DNA of 63,994 nucleotides, the filler included, from Octopus bimaculoides (Eukaryota), in NCBI RefSeq assembly GCF_001194135.2. It is 5 parts of 5 records of this genome, joined end to end, with 100 filler letters (N's around TTAATTAATTAA, not from the genome) between each part and the next. Parts side by side here need not be neighbours in the genome. Positions count along the whole stretch, not along the records: positions 61,483 to 63,994 come from NC_069006.1; 4 more parts are not named here. The stretch is one strand, 5' to 3'. A program made the translations under genes and the position numbers. Numbering within the stretch: position 1 is the stretch's first letter; the number at the start of each line of letters is the position of its first letter. Shown here one piece after another: positions 63,450-63,994 of the stretch. The notes under the pieces were generated by a model. It was not told the DNA's origin. It did not search any database and was given only the letters and a program-made list of their open reading frames with translations.

Positions 63450-63994
63450 TACACACACACATATATATACATAAATATATACATGTATGTATGCATGTAG
63501 GTACGTAGGCATGCGTGTGTGTACACACACGTACACATGTGCACCAATATTCATACATACCTACAAATATACATACAAGTGGACATCCAAACACTCACTC
63601 ATTCCTACAAAGCACATATACGTAAATATACATATGCAAAAATGTATGCATCGCAGTGAAGTAAGGGAAAACCTACTGAAGAAAATATGTGTGTATATAA
63701 CAGAAGCAAAATTAAACGAAACGTACGAAAGTACAACGGGATACAATCTCAGTGTCTCATCCATGCACATGTTGAGGTAAGGTAATTTCTGAACACTGTC
63801 GTAAGTAGCAAGATCCTAGAAAAGAAAATAAGGAAATTATTATAACAGTATTAATAATCTCATTGTTCAAGTTTTATTAGGGCTCCACACAAGCAATTTT
63901 GTTTTGCCACCGTCTCAACGATGGAGTATATCTCTTTAGCATTATGAAGGTCCCCACTTGCCCGGACAAACTTTGAGGGCAAGTGCCAACCTTT

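Overview
AT-rich, microsatellite-dense, gap-ridden eukaryotic scaffold. The repeat landscape (tRNA-derived SINE families, R4/Dong, RTE, Tx1 and Penelope-like retroelements, long CA/TA/TAA tracts) is what I would expect from a coleoid cephalopod, probably Octopus; that is an inference, not something the sequence proves. Most entries in the supplied ORF track are microsatellite or N-gap artefacts. One real host gene is present but largely missed by the ORF track: a minus-strand, multi-exon gene for a probably secreted tandem-CUB-domain protein. Four exons (36992-37088, 33462-33586, 32337-32489, 30202-30292) have canonical GT-AG sites and splice in frame into one complete CUB plus the start of a second; a candidate signal-peptide exon lies at 44756-44804. 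CUB1 has lost both cysteines of its first disulfide but keeps the calcium-binding residues. The rest of the window is mostly decayed mobile elements: seven 3' remnants of RLE-type (R4/Dong-like) LINEs, an L1/Tx1 remnant embedded in (GATA)n, an RTE remnant carrying C2H2 fingers, Penelope-like RT and GIY-YIG fragments joined head-to-head, Tc1/mariner elements of three catalytic spacings (DD34D, DD37D, DD41D-like), hAT and mariner MITEs, and over 20 SINE copies. The most interesting unannotated signals are several minimal hammerhead-ribozyme motifs (best at 28364-28408), a SINE subfamily whose 3' tail matches the 3' end of the Tx1 LINE in this same window, and long near-perfect intronic hairpins. 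Four TTAATTAATTAA words centred in 100-bp gaps are assembly spacers. All alignments and translations were done by hand; TE boundaries are approximate unless TSDs or TIRs are given.
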